Notes: generated by a model not told the origin, from the letters alone. Shown: positions 49,419-58,172, numbered from the stretch's first letter. The stretch is DNA of 63,798 nucleotides from Bacteroidota bacterium (GCA_040388455.1 JAZKBX010000100.1:1-63798); one strand, 5' to 3'. Program-made: numbers and translations.

Positions 49419-49432
49419 ATGACTCGTATCAT
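49419..49432 (+). promoter_or_regulatory. FNR/CRP-type box ATGAC-TCGT-ATCAT upstream of the regulator-norCB-like operon
   Basis: 35.5 nt from the G of a perfect TAtcTTTG (49454-49461). Confidence 0.65.
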
Positions 49433-49487
49433 ATTTTAAAAATTTTCCTGCTAATATCTTTGTTGTGTTAATATTAATAATTTGAAA

Positions 49488-50225
49488 ATGAATATTGCCA
49501 AGAATATTATTGCTTTTTCAGAGAATTCTGTAAGTTGTGAAAATTGCTGGCTCAACAATTTTTCAGCTAATGTAAATTGCTCAACCGAATTCCTGGATAA
49601 AATCCTTTTGAACAAAGAGGAGAAAAATTATAACAAAGGGGCATACTTAATTAAGAGTGGCGTTCTTGTGTCAGGCGTTTATTGTATTCAAAAAGGTACT
49701 GTTAAAGTTTTTAAAAAGGGGATTAAAAATAAGGATTTTATACTATGGGTTGCGCGTAAAGGCGATGTTATTGGCTTGAATTCTTTTATTAATGATGAAG
49801 TATATTCTTTTTCTGCATCTGCATTAGACGAAACTTCTGCCTGTTTTATTCCATCTTCTGACTTGAAAATTCTTCTTAGCAAAAAGCCTGTTGCTTTTGT
49901 TAAATTAATGGGAAATGTTTGTGATAAATTGAATTTTGTGGAACAACGTATTACCAGTATCTCAAAAAAAACTATAAAAGAACAATTTGCAGAAATACTA
50001 ATTACTCTATCCCGGAGCAATTCCGAAAGTGATAAAAATTTAGTTATTAATTATTCAGTTAAGGACCTGGCAAGCTTTGTTGGGACTACTAAAAATTATC
50101 TTTATAAAATCCTGGTGGAGTTTACTGATCGGAAAATCCTCTCCGTTAATAACCGAAAGTTTGCGATAAGTAATATGAATGCTCTTTCATTGATTGCCGC
50201 AGGGGAAAATAAATTACCTAAATAA
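49488..50225 (+). CDS. CRP/FNR-family regulator, Cys cluster C-x2-C-x10-C, divergent recognition helix
   Basis: SCENCWLNNFSANVNC; cNMP fold; HTH FVGTTKNYLYKILVEF lacks the E--IR of the other three. Confidence 0.8.
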   Translation: MNIAKNIIAFSENSVSCENCWLNNFSANVNCSTEFLDKILLNKEEKNYNKGAYLIKSGVLVSGVYCIQKGTVKVFKKGIKNKDFILWVARKGDVIGLNSFINDEVYSFSASALDETSACFIPSSDLKILLSKKPVAFVKLMGNVCDKLNFVEQRITSISKKTIKEQFAEILITLSRSNSESDKNLVINYSVKDLASFVGTTKNYLYKILVEFTDRKILSVNNRKFAISNMNALSLIAAGENKLPK

Positions 50226-50236
50226 GATTTTATATT

Positions 50237-50662
50237 ATGTCCACAAAATTAAAGCGTTTTGTTTTCTGGGGTTTATTTTTCTTGTTTATATTATATGGTT
50301 TTTTCATCTATACTTCGGGTACTGAAAATGATGGGGGAAAAAGATTCTTAACAGAAGAAGCAAAACGTGGCAAATTATTATTTCAGGAATACAATTGTAC
50401 TTCTTGTCATCAGTTGTATGGACTGGGAGGTTATATGGGGCCTGATCTTACTAATGTTATTTCAGATCCGGGAAAAGGAGAATCATACGTAAAAAGTTTT
50501 ATTAAAAATGGGACGCAGCAGATGCCCAATTTTCATCTCAGCGAAATGGATGTGAATGCGCTTACAGAATATCTTAATTATGTTGATAAAACAGGCATTT
50601 CTCCGGTAAGGGATTTTGAAGTACGGTATGACGGAACAATTATGCAAAAAGCTATTCAATGA
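50237..50662 (+). CDS. NorC-like membrane-anchored monohaem cytochrome c
   Basis: N-terminal TM; RGKLLFQEYNCTSCHQLYG.GGY.GPDL; MPNFHLSE, collinear with cNOR NorC as recalled. Confidence 0.8.
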   Translation: MSTKLKRFVFWGLFFLFILYGFFIYTSGTENDGGKRFLTEEAKRGKLLFQEYNCTSCHQLYGLGGYMGPDLTNVISDPGKGESYVKSFIKNGTQQMPNFHLSEMDVNALTEYLNYVDKTGISPVRDFEVRYDGTIMQKAIQ

Positions 50663-51987
50663 AAAAGGAGGTTGGGGTATTTTTTATTTTTCTATCTATC
50701 GTGGCTTTATTGGCCGGGATGTTTTTTGGTAGTTTAAGTGCTTTCCAATTTGTTTTCCCTGGTTTTTTCGATCTGTTACCTTTTTTTAAAAATAGGCCTC
50801 TTCATGTTTCATTGGTGGTTTCATGGATATTTCTGAGTGCAATTGGTGGGATCTATTATTATATTCCTAAGTATTGTAATCTACCGTTATTCTCTAGAAA
50901 GATGGCGGTAATACATATATGGCTATTCATTGTTACAGGATTACTTATTTTAATATGTTATTTATTTGGGAAATTTGGGGGGCGCGAATATTGGGAATTT
51001 CCTGCTATTTTAGCCATTCCTGTTTTTATGTCATGGGTTTTATTTGCATTTAATTATTTTAAAACTGTATTTAAAAAAATCGGTCAATGGCCTGTATACT
51101 TGTGGATGTGGGCAACGGGGATATGTTTTTTTTTATTCACTTTCACTGAATCGTATTTATGGGTATTCCCTTATTTTAGAGATAATCTTATCCGAGACCT
51201 AACTGTTCAATGGAAAGCTTATGGTGCATTAACAGGGTCCTGGAATATGCTGGTATACGGTACCGCTATTTTTGTAATGGAGCGAATAAAGGGAGATGAA
51301 ACAGTTGCTAAATCTAAATTGGCATTTTGGATGTATTTTTTAGGACTTACCAACTTGCTGTTCGGATGGGCTCATCACATTTATATTGTACCTACCGTGC
51401 CTTGGATAAGATACCTTGCTTATGCCATCAGCATGACCGAATTGTTGATACTTTCTAAAATTATTTGGAACTGGAAAAGCTCGCTTGAACAAGCCAAAAA
51501 GGATTATTATTTTTTGCCTTTTCGTTTTCTTGTCGCATCCGATGTATGGATATTTTTAAATTTGATACTTGCTATTTTAATTTCTATTCCTGCTGTTAAT
51601 GTTTATACTCATGGTACCCATATTACTGTTGCACATGCTATGGGTAGCGCCATTGGTATCAATACTATGATCTTGTTATCATCCGTATTATTTATTATTA
51701 ATGATGTTACAAAATTTAATTTCCCTAAAATTCAAAAAAATATTATTCGTGCAGGATTTTGGATCACAAATATTTCCCTTCTTGCTTTTTTGATCTTCCT
51801 GACCATTGCCGGAGCTGAAAAAGGGATTTTAGTGATTGAAAATAAACTTTCATTCCAGGCAATTATGCAAGAGATATCCCCTTATCTGATATCTTTTGCC
51901 TGGTCAGGTTTGGGAATTTTTATTGGTTTGATAATGACAACTCTTCCTCCATTGATTGCTATGTTTAAATACTTAAAGAAGAAATAA
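50659..51987 (+). CDS. NorB/CcoN-like haem-copper-oxidase superfamily subunit I with non-canonical active-site residues
   Basis: 12 TM. H49 (helix II), HH239-240 (helix VII) and H326 (helix X) are present. Helix VI has no His or Glu, and H-x-H is replaced by H-A-M. Confidence 0.8.
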   Translation: MKKEVGVFFIFLSIVALLAGMFFGSLSAFQFVFPGFFDLLPFFKNRPLHVSLVVSWIFLSAIGGIYYYIPKYCNLPLFSRKMAVIHIWLFIVTGLLILICYLFGKFGGREYWEFPAILAIPVFMSWVLFAFNYFKTVFKKIGQWPVYLWMWATGICFFLFTFTESYLWVFPYFRDNLIRDLTVQWKAYGALTGSWNMLVYGTAIFVMERIKGDETVAKSKLAFWMYFLGLTNLLFGWAHHIYIVPTVPWIRYLAYAISMTELLILSKIIWNWKSSLEQAKKDYYFLPFRFLVASDVWIFLNLILAILISIPAVNVYTHGTHITVAHAMGSAIGINTMILLSSVLFIINDVTKFNFPKIQKNIIRAGFWITNISLLAFLIFLTIAGAEKGILVIENKLSFQAIMQEISPYLISFAWSGLGIFIGLIMTTLPPLIAMFKYLKKK

Positions 51988-52035
51988 AAAGTATATTGGT
52001 TTTTTTTGACTCTTAACTAATTAATAAAATCACAA

Positions 52036-53232
52036 ATGTCAAATTCCGGAGTTTCATTTGAAAATACAGAAAAGGCCTTTATAGCTAAAGGCAGTCAGGA
52101 GCTGAAACATTCACTCTGGCTCTTTAAGCTAATGGGCAGCCCTACACTTGTAAAAGTGTTTTCAAAGCTTATTCTTTTCGCAATAAAAATTCGCCTGCCT
52201 GTGAGTTTACCAATTAAGCTAACCATATTTAAGCAGTTTTGTGGTGGTGAATCTATTGAAGAAAGTAAAAACGTTGTATATAAACTCAATATATCAAATA
52301 TTGGTTCTATCCTTGACTATTCAGTTGAAGGTAAAGAAAACGAAAATGATTTTTGTAATACAAAAGATGAAATTTTAAGAATTATAAAAGTAGCAGAAGA
52401 CAATCCTGCAATACCATATACTAGTCTTAAGCTTACCGGTATTGCTCGTTTATCTTTACTTGAAAAATTGAATTCCAAACAACAATTAAATAAGGAAGAT
52501 GAAATTGAATTTCAAAAAGTTAAAGGACGACTCGTTGAGATTTGTAATAGTGCTTCCAATTCTGTCGTACCTATTTATTTTGATGCTGAAGAAAGCTGGA
52601 TACAGGACGCTATTGATACTTTAGCGGAAGAAATGATGGAGATTAATAATAAAAAAACTGCTATTGTGCTTACCACTCTTCAGATGTATCGTTGGGACCG
52701 GATTGAATATCTTAAGGGACTCATACAAAAGGCAAGAGGTAAGAATTACAGCATTGGTATTAAACTGGTTCGAGGTGCTTATATGGAAAAGGAAAATCTC
52801 CGAGCTTCACAATTGGGATATAAATCACCCATACAAGCAAGTAAAGAAAATACAGATAATGACTTTGATAAAGCTGTTGATATCTGTCTTGAAAATATTG
52901 ATATTGTTACATTATGCGCAGGTACCCACAATGAGGCGAGTACAATGCATCTGGTTAATAAAATGGGCGAACTAAAGATCCCCAATGATCACCCGCATGT
53001 TTATTTTTCACAGCTCTATGGTATGAGCGATCATATTACTTATAATTTGGCCGATGCAGGTTATAATGTTACTAAATACCTTCCTTATGGTCCTGTTAAA
53101 TCAGTTATGCCTTATTTGATCCGAAGGGCTGAAGAAAATACGGGTATTTCAGGTCAGATGGGAAGAGAGTTAAGATTGATAATTGAGGAAAAGAACCGAA
53201 GACAAAGTTCAAAATTACTTTCCGCTGGTTAA
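52036..53232 (+). CDS. Proline dehydrogenase family protein
   Basis: VRGAYMEKE; FSQLYGMSD; YLPYGP....PYL.RR..EN. Confidence 0.85.
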   Translation: MSNSGVSFENTEKAFIAKGSQELKHSLWLFKLMGSPTLVKVFSKLILFAIKIRLPVSLPIKLTIFKQFCGGESIEESKNVVYKLNISNIGSILDYSVEGKENENDFCNTKDEILRIIKVAEDNPAIPYTSLKLTGIARLSLLEKLNSKQQLNKEDEIEFQKVKGRLVEICNSASNSVVPIYFDAEESWIQDAIDTLAEEMMEINNKKTAIVLTTLQMYRWDRIEYLKGLIQKARGKNYSIGIKLVRGAYMEKENLRASQLGYKSPIQASKENTDNDFDKAVDICLENIDIVTLCAGTHNEASTMHLVNKMGELKIPNDHPHVYFSQLYGMSDHITYNLADAGYNVTKYLPYGPVKSVMPYLIRRAEENTGISGQMGRELRLIIEEKNRRQSSKLLSAG

Positions 53233-53659
53233 TGATATTTTCATTTGTTTGATTTTAAATTTTCGATTTCAACATTTATTTAATTCACTTTTTTTTCAAA
53301 TCGATTTCAATAATTTCCCACACTTTATATTGTTTCCATTTCTGGAGCTTTCAATTCATTTCAGATTTTTTTTACTTTTTTTAGAGATCGCTTCCAATCC
53401 TTTGCTTGCTTTGGTGCAGTTAGCAGCATATAGCAGAATTTATTTATTTTTTTAATTCTATCCAATTGTTTTACATTTGGGTTCACTTATATGTTAATGT
53501 AAATTTCATTACCTAGATCCTTTAAAAGGGCCCAAAAACGCTGATGGTTTCAGATGGTTATTGTTTTGTGTTAAAATTTTAATAAATCGAAAATATATAT
53601 TTTTATCCTAAATAAAAATTTAAGCATCACAGTTTAAACTGGGTTTTTATATATAAATC

Positions 53660-53673
53660 ATGAGCCTGGTCAT
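53660..53673 (+). promoter_or_regulatory. FNR/CRP-type box ATGAG-CCTG-GTCAT (distal site, nrdJ promoter region)
   Basis: Centre-to-centre distance to the next box is 22 bp. Confidence 0.45.
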
Positions 53674-53681
53674 TATAAAAT

Positions 53682-53695
53682 ATGATGTACATCAT
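53682..53695 (+). promoter_or_regulatory. FNR/CRP-type box ATGAT-GTAC-ATCAT (proximal site, nrdJ promoter region)
   Basis: Perfect palindrome about 150 nt upstream of ATG 53843. Confidence 0.55.
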
Positions 53696-53842
53696 AAAAT
53701 TTTATGATGAAAGACAACATGTTTAAAAGTCGAATCAAATGTTAAGAAATAGAAAATATAAAGCTGAATTAACAATCCTAAATTGCAGTCGAATTATTTT
53801 TCAGGAATATAAAAAAATAAAAATCTTTAAAATATATAACAG

Positions 53843-56413
53843 ATGTTAACTTTAGAATTTCCTAAAAGGTCCGTAGAAAGAGACGAGCAGACGTTTTCTT
53901 ATAACGAAGTGTTTGAAAAATGCATTTCATATTTTCATGGTGATGAGCTTGCAGCCTCCACCTGGATGAATAAATATGCTATGAAAAATTTGGACAAAAA
54001 ATTTCTTGAACTTACTCCAAATGATATGCATTTGCGTATGGCAAAAGAATTTGCACGAATTGAATTAGATTACAAAACAAAATCCCACCTTAATGGTAGT
54101 TTCAAATTACTTTCAAAGTACGGACAAGAAAGAGAATTGCTTGATGAGAAAAAAATCTTTAATTATTTCAAAGATTTTAAATACATCATACCTCAGGGCA
54201 GCGTAATGTCATCATTAGGGAATCCTCACATTATTGCATCACTTTCCAATTGTATTGTACTGCCCGAGATATATGATTCTTATGGAGGAATATCCTATAC
54301 AGATCAACAGTTGGCGCAACTATTCAAAAGGAGATGTGGGGTTGGAATCGATATTTCCACATTAAGACCTTCCGGTATGTCTGTTTCCAATGCTGCAGGA
54401 ACTACAACGGGAGCAGTTTCTTTCATGGAGCGATTCTCCAATACAACACGCGAAGTTGCTCAAAATGGTAGGAGAGGAGCCCTTATGATAACGATAGATA
54501 TTGCACATCCCGATGTTGAGCAATTCATTACTGTTAAACAGGATCTTTCAAAAATTACCGGTGCAAATATTTCTATTCGTCTTTCTGATGAGTTTATGAA
54601 TGCAGTTGCGAAGGATACTGATTATACATTACGTTGGCCAATTGATTCTACTGAACCTAAATTTTCAAAAGTTGTTAAAGCTCAGGAATTATGGAATACT
54701 ATTGTTAAATGTGCACATACCAGTGCAGAACCGGGGTTAATATTTTGGGACAGGCAGCATTATTATTCCACATCTTCGGTATACCCCGGATTTAAAAATG
54801 TTTCCACTAACCCTTGTTCTGAAATTGCTATGCAGGGAGGTGATAGTTGCAGGCTCATTGCTCTTAATTTATTTAATTTTATCGACAAACCTTTTACTGC
54901 TGAAGCTAAATTTAAGTACAAAGAATTTCATGAAGTTACCTATGAAGCGCAACGTTTGATGGATGACCTCGTTGATCTTGAACTGCAGGCTATTGAAAAG
55001 ATATTAGCGAAAATCGAAAGCGACCCTGAACCTGATTATATCAAAGAAGTGGAAGTAAGTACATGGAAACTTCTTTACAATGCCGGTAAAAAGGGACGAA
55101 GAACAGGTTTAGGCTTTACTGCTCTTGGTGATATGCTTGCCGGTTTGGGTTTACAATTCGACTCTAAAGAGGCTATTGAAGAAGTAGAAAAAATAATGAG
55201 AACAAAATGTGAAGCTGAATTTGATAGTTCAATTGATATGTCACTTGAACGTGGGAAATTCGCTGATTTTGATCCTGAAATAGAAAACACATCAGAGTTC
55301 GTTCAGATGTTGGAAAAAGAATTGCCGCAAGTATATTCCCGCATGATGAACCTTGGCAGAAGAAATATTTCCATTAGCACTGTTGCCCCAACAGGTACCC
55401 TTAGCATGTTGGCACAAACATCTTCAGGATTGGAGCCCGTATTTATGCTGTCATACAAACGCAGAAGGAAAGTGAATTTAAATGATAAAAACCAACGCGT
55501 TGATTTTGTTGACCCAATGGGAGATTCATGGCAGGAATTTATTGTATATCACCATAAATTAAAGCAATGGATGGAAATAACAGGTGAAACTGATATTTCA
55601 AAAAGTCCTTACCATGGTTCAACCGCACCTGAGATCGATTGGGAAAAACGTATTGAATTACAAGCGGTGGTTCAAAAATACACTACTCATTCGCTTAGTT
55701 CCACTATTAATCTTCCAAATGATGTATCCGTAGATAAAGTTGGCCAGATCTATATGGAGGCATGGAAAAGCGGGTTAAAAGGGATCACCGTTTATCGTGA
55801 TGGTTCAAGAACCGGAGTATTGGTTTCTACCGAAACAAAATCAGAATCAAACGATATCAAAGAAACTCAGCCTCCTAAACGACCTAAAACATTAGAAGCT
55901 GAAGTCGTACGTTTTATGAATCATGATGAAAAATGGATCGCTGTAGTAGGTATTCTAAAAGGAAAACCTTACGAAGTTTTTACAGGTCGTGCTGAAGATT
56001 CCTTAAGTATTCCTAAATGGGTTGAAAAAGGTTGGGTAATTAAAAATGTTACTGAAGATTCCCGCAAACGTTACGATTTCCGGTTCATGGACAAAGAAGG
56101 TTACAAAGTTACTATTGAGGGCCTTTCCAGATCATTTAACAAAGAATACTGGAATTATGCGAAATTGATTTCAGGTGTGTTGCGTCATGGAATGCCTTTG
56201 CCGCATGTAGTTGCGCTTATTGGTGACCTTAATCTTTATAACGATAGTATCAATACATGGAAAACAGGGGTGGAACGTGCGCTCAAAAAATACATTCCTG
56301 ATGGAACACAAGCAGTGGATCGTAAATGCACTGAATGTGGAAGTCCTGAAGGATTGATATATGAAGAAGGATGCGTTAAGTGCAAAAATTGTGGAAACTC
56401 CAAATGCGGTTGA
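53843..56413 (+). CDS. nrdJ: Class II (adenosylcobalamin-dependent) ribonucleotide reductase
   Basis: 856 aa; STNPCSEI..C catalytic region; no ATP-cone and no adjacent beta subunit; Cys-rich C-terminal tail CTECG..CVKCKNCGNSKCG. Confidence 0.8.
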   Translation: MLTLEFPKRSVERDEQTFSYNEVFEKCISYFHGDELAASTWMNKYAMKNLDKKFLELTPNDMHLRMAKEFARIELDYKTKSHLNGSFKLLSKYGQERELLDEKKIFNYFKDFKYIIPQGSVMSSLGNPHIIASLSNCIVLPEIYDSYGGISYTDQQLAQLFKRRCGVGIDISTLRPSGMSVSNAAGTTTGAVSFMERFSNTTREVAQNGRRGALMITIDIAHPDVEQFITVKQDLSKITGANISIRLSDEFMNAVAKDTDYTLRWPIDSTEPKFSKVVKAQELWNTIVKCAHTSAEPGLIFWDRQHYYSTSSVYPGFKNVSTNPCSEIAMQGGDSCRLIALNLFNFIDKPFTAEAKFKYKEFHEVTYEAQRLMDDLVDLELQAIEKILAKIESDPEPDYIKEVEVSTWKLLYNAGKKGRRTGLGFTALGDMLAGLGLQFDSKEAIEEVEKIMRTKCEAEFDSSIDMSLERGKFADFDPEIENTSEFVQMLEKELPQVYSRMMNLGRRNISISTVAPTGTLSMLAQTSSGLEPVFMLSYKRRRKVNLNDKNQRVDFVDPMGDSWQEFIVYHHKLKQWMEITGETDISKSPYHGSTAPEIDWEKRIELQAVVQKYTTHSLSSTINLPNDVSVDKVGQIYMEAWKSGLKGITVYRDGSRTGVLVSTETKSESNDIKETQPPKRPKTLEAEVVRFMNHDEKWIAVVGILKGKPYEVFTGRAEDSLSIPKWVEKGWVIKNVTEDSRKRYDFRFMDKEGYKVTIEGLSRSFNKEYWNYAKLISGVLRHGMPLPHVVALIGDLNLYNDSINTWKTGVERALKKYIPDGTQAVDRKCTECGSPEGLIYEEGCVKCKNCGNSKCG

Positions 56414-56461
56414 TAGCAGGTTAATAGAGCCATTTCTTTTTTTGCGAATTGCAATTTAAAA

Positions 56462-56518
56462 GCGCCATAAGAACAACAGATTAAATTTTTTTTCTGTTAT
56501 TCTTGTGGCGTTTTTTTT
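56462..56518 (+). terminator. Rho-independent terminator after nrdJ
   Basis: Long imperfect hairpin GCGCCATAAGAACAACAGA..TCTGTTATTCTTGTGGCG followed by T8. Confidence 0.65.
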
Positions 56519-56597
56519 ATTATAAGGTTTTTTAGAATATTTTTCTATGTTTTGAATCATATTTTCTCTGTTAGATTTATAATACTTTTAAGATTGT

Positions 56598-58046
56598 ATG
56601 AAAAAAAACAGTATATTTTTAATTGTGGCAATGCTTCTCTCCTTTTCTTGCGCAAAGGATAGGGGTAATCCCGATTATGAAGGGTACCCGAAGAATGTCG
56701 GTGAGATCATTGTTAACAAATGCAGTATGAGTGGTTGCCACAATTCGGTTAGTTCGGATGCTTGTGCCGGTCTCGATTTGTCTTCATGGGAAGCTATGTT
56801 TAAAGGAAGCAGAAATAATTCTTCTGTTATACCTTATCGCTCCGATCATAGTTTTTTATTGTTTTCAGTTAATACATTTAGTGACTTAGGACCGCAGATG
56901 AATCCAGGTATGCCTTTAAACAAAACACTATTGAGCAGAAATGAAGTAACTGTCATAAAAGATTGGATAAACCGGGGAGCTCCAAACAACCAGGGGGGAA
57001 TTAAATTTTCAGATAATAATAAACGAAAAATTTATGTCGCTAACCAGGGCTGTGATTTTGTTTCTGTGTTTGATGGCGAAACAAAATTGATCTCCCGTGC
57101 ATTCGATGTTGGGAATAGTGCAAATACTGAAGCTCCTCATGATATGATGGTTTCGCCCGATGGCCAATATATTTACGTATCCTTTTATGCAAGTAATTTA
57201 TTTCAGAAATTCAGAACCAGTGATCATGTAAAAGTGGGAGAATTAATTTTGCCTGATATCAGCTGGCATACGATCGATATATCGGGCGATTCAAAAATTG
57301 CTGTCACCACACATCTTGATGCAAATGGAAAAATGGCAATTATTGATCTGGTGAATATGAGTATTATAGTAACTTATCAGGGAGGAGGTTTGTTTATCTA
57401 CCCTCATGGTTGCGCATTAAATTATGATGGAAGTATGGTTTATACTACTTCGCAACAGGGGAATTTTATTTATAAAGTAAATTTAGCAGATCCTCAAAGT
57501 CCCGATATAAGCCAGGTAGCTTTACAAACAGGCGATGCTCCCACTCCAAATGGAATATATAAACCGTATGATGTAGATTATTTTCCGGACTATTCGAAGT
57601 ATGCCGTTACTTGCCAAGGAACAAACGAATTGCGGATATTTAACGTATCAAATGATAGTTTGTTAAGTATCATCTCCACCACTGGCGTTCCACAGCTAAT
57701 GGCTTTCTCAAAGCAAGTGCCTTATTTATTTGTAAGCTGCATGGGTGATTCCGCTAATTCACAGGCAACAAGCAGTGTGGATGTAATAAATTACAATACT
57801 TTCCAAAAGATCAAAAGTATATTCACAGGACATGAACCCAGAGGAATTAGCGTTGATGAAGAAGGCCGTTGTGTATGGGTTGCCAACCGAAATATTTCCC
57901 CTACCGGCTGGGCTCCTCATCATACAACCGTTTGCCAGGGGAGAAGTGGAAATGTTACTATAATTGATATGAATACATTACAATTAATCCCAGATTGGAA
58001 AACAGAAGTTTCTGTGGATCCTTATTGCATTTCTATTAAAAAATAA
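56598..58046 (+). CDS. Lipoprotein: PSCyt-like N-terminal domain with a C-x4-CH motif plus a YVTN-type beta-propeller
   Basis: Lipobox LSFSC; KCSMSGCH; about 7 repeats of the ..P...V.SPDG..(I/V)YV.. type. Confidence 0.65.
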   Translation: MKKNSIFLIVAMLLSFSCAKDRGNPDYEGYPKNVGEIIVNKCSMSGCHNSVSSDACAGLDLSSWEAMFKGSRNNSSVIPYRSDHSFLLFSVNTFSDLGPQMNPGMPLNKTLLSRNEVTVIKDWINRGAPNNQGGIKFSDNNKRKIYVANQGCDFVSVFDGETKLISRAFDVGNSANTEAPHDMMVSPDGQYIYVSFYASNLFQKFRTSDHVKVGELILPDISWHTIDISGDSKIAVTTHLDANGKMAIIDLVNMSIIVTYQGGGLFIYPHGCALNYDGSMVYTTSQQGNFIYKVNLADPQSPDISQVALQTGDAPTPNGIYKPYDVDYFPDYSKYAVTCQGTNELRIFNVSNDSLLSIISTTGVPQLMAFSKQVPYLFVSCMGDSANSQATSSVDVINYNTFQKIKSIFTGHEPRGISVDEEGRCVWVANRNISPTGWAPHHTTVCQGRSGNVTIIDMNTLQLIPDWKTEVSVDPYCISIKK

Positions 58047-58070
58047 ACGACAGACACCGAAACGGGAACT

Positions 58071-58084
58071 ATGATTTCCATCAT
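58071..58084 (+). promoter_or_regulatory. FNR/CRP-type box ATGAT-TTCC-ATCAT upstream of the 604-aa unknown gene
   Basis: Perfect half-sites; 35.5 nt from the G of a perfect TAccTTTG (58106-58113). Confidence 0.65.
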
Positions 58085-58172
58085 ATTTTCCTGTGACCTT
58101 CCTTGTACCTTTGTATTAACATAGGGACAAAATAATTTTCTTTTAGATCTATCCCTTTTAAAAATTCAAAAA

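Noticed and set aside
53183-53455. 90-aa ORF overlapping the proline dehydrogenase 3' end and the following AT-rich spacer
   Set aside because: Its translation is Phe/Leu-rich low-complexity sequence from T-rich DNA, with no start context or promoter.
53233-53842. Cobalamin riboswitch or NrdR operator upstream of the class II RNR
   Set aside because: I could not find a GCCACTG-type B12 box or paired NrdR boxes by eye. Only the regulon palindromes are evident. An Rfam scan would be needed to be sure.
56598-58046. Calling the cyt-c-like plus beta-propeller lipoprotein a cd1 nitrite reductase
   Set aside because: The protein is too short for NirS and has a C-x4-CH motif rather than CxxCH. There are no d1-haem biosynthesis genes and no palindromic box. 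I kept it only as a low-interest finding.
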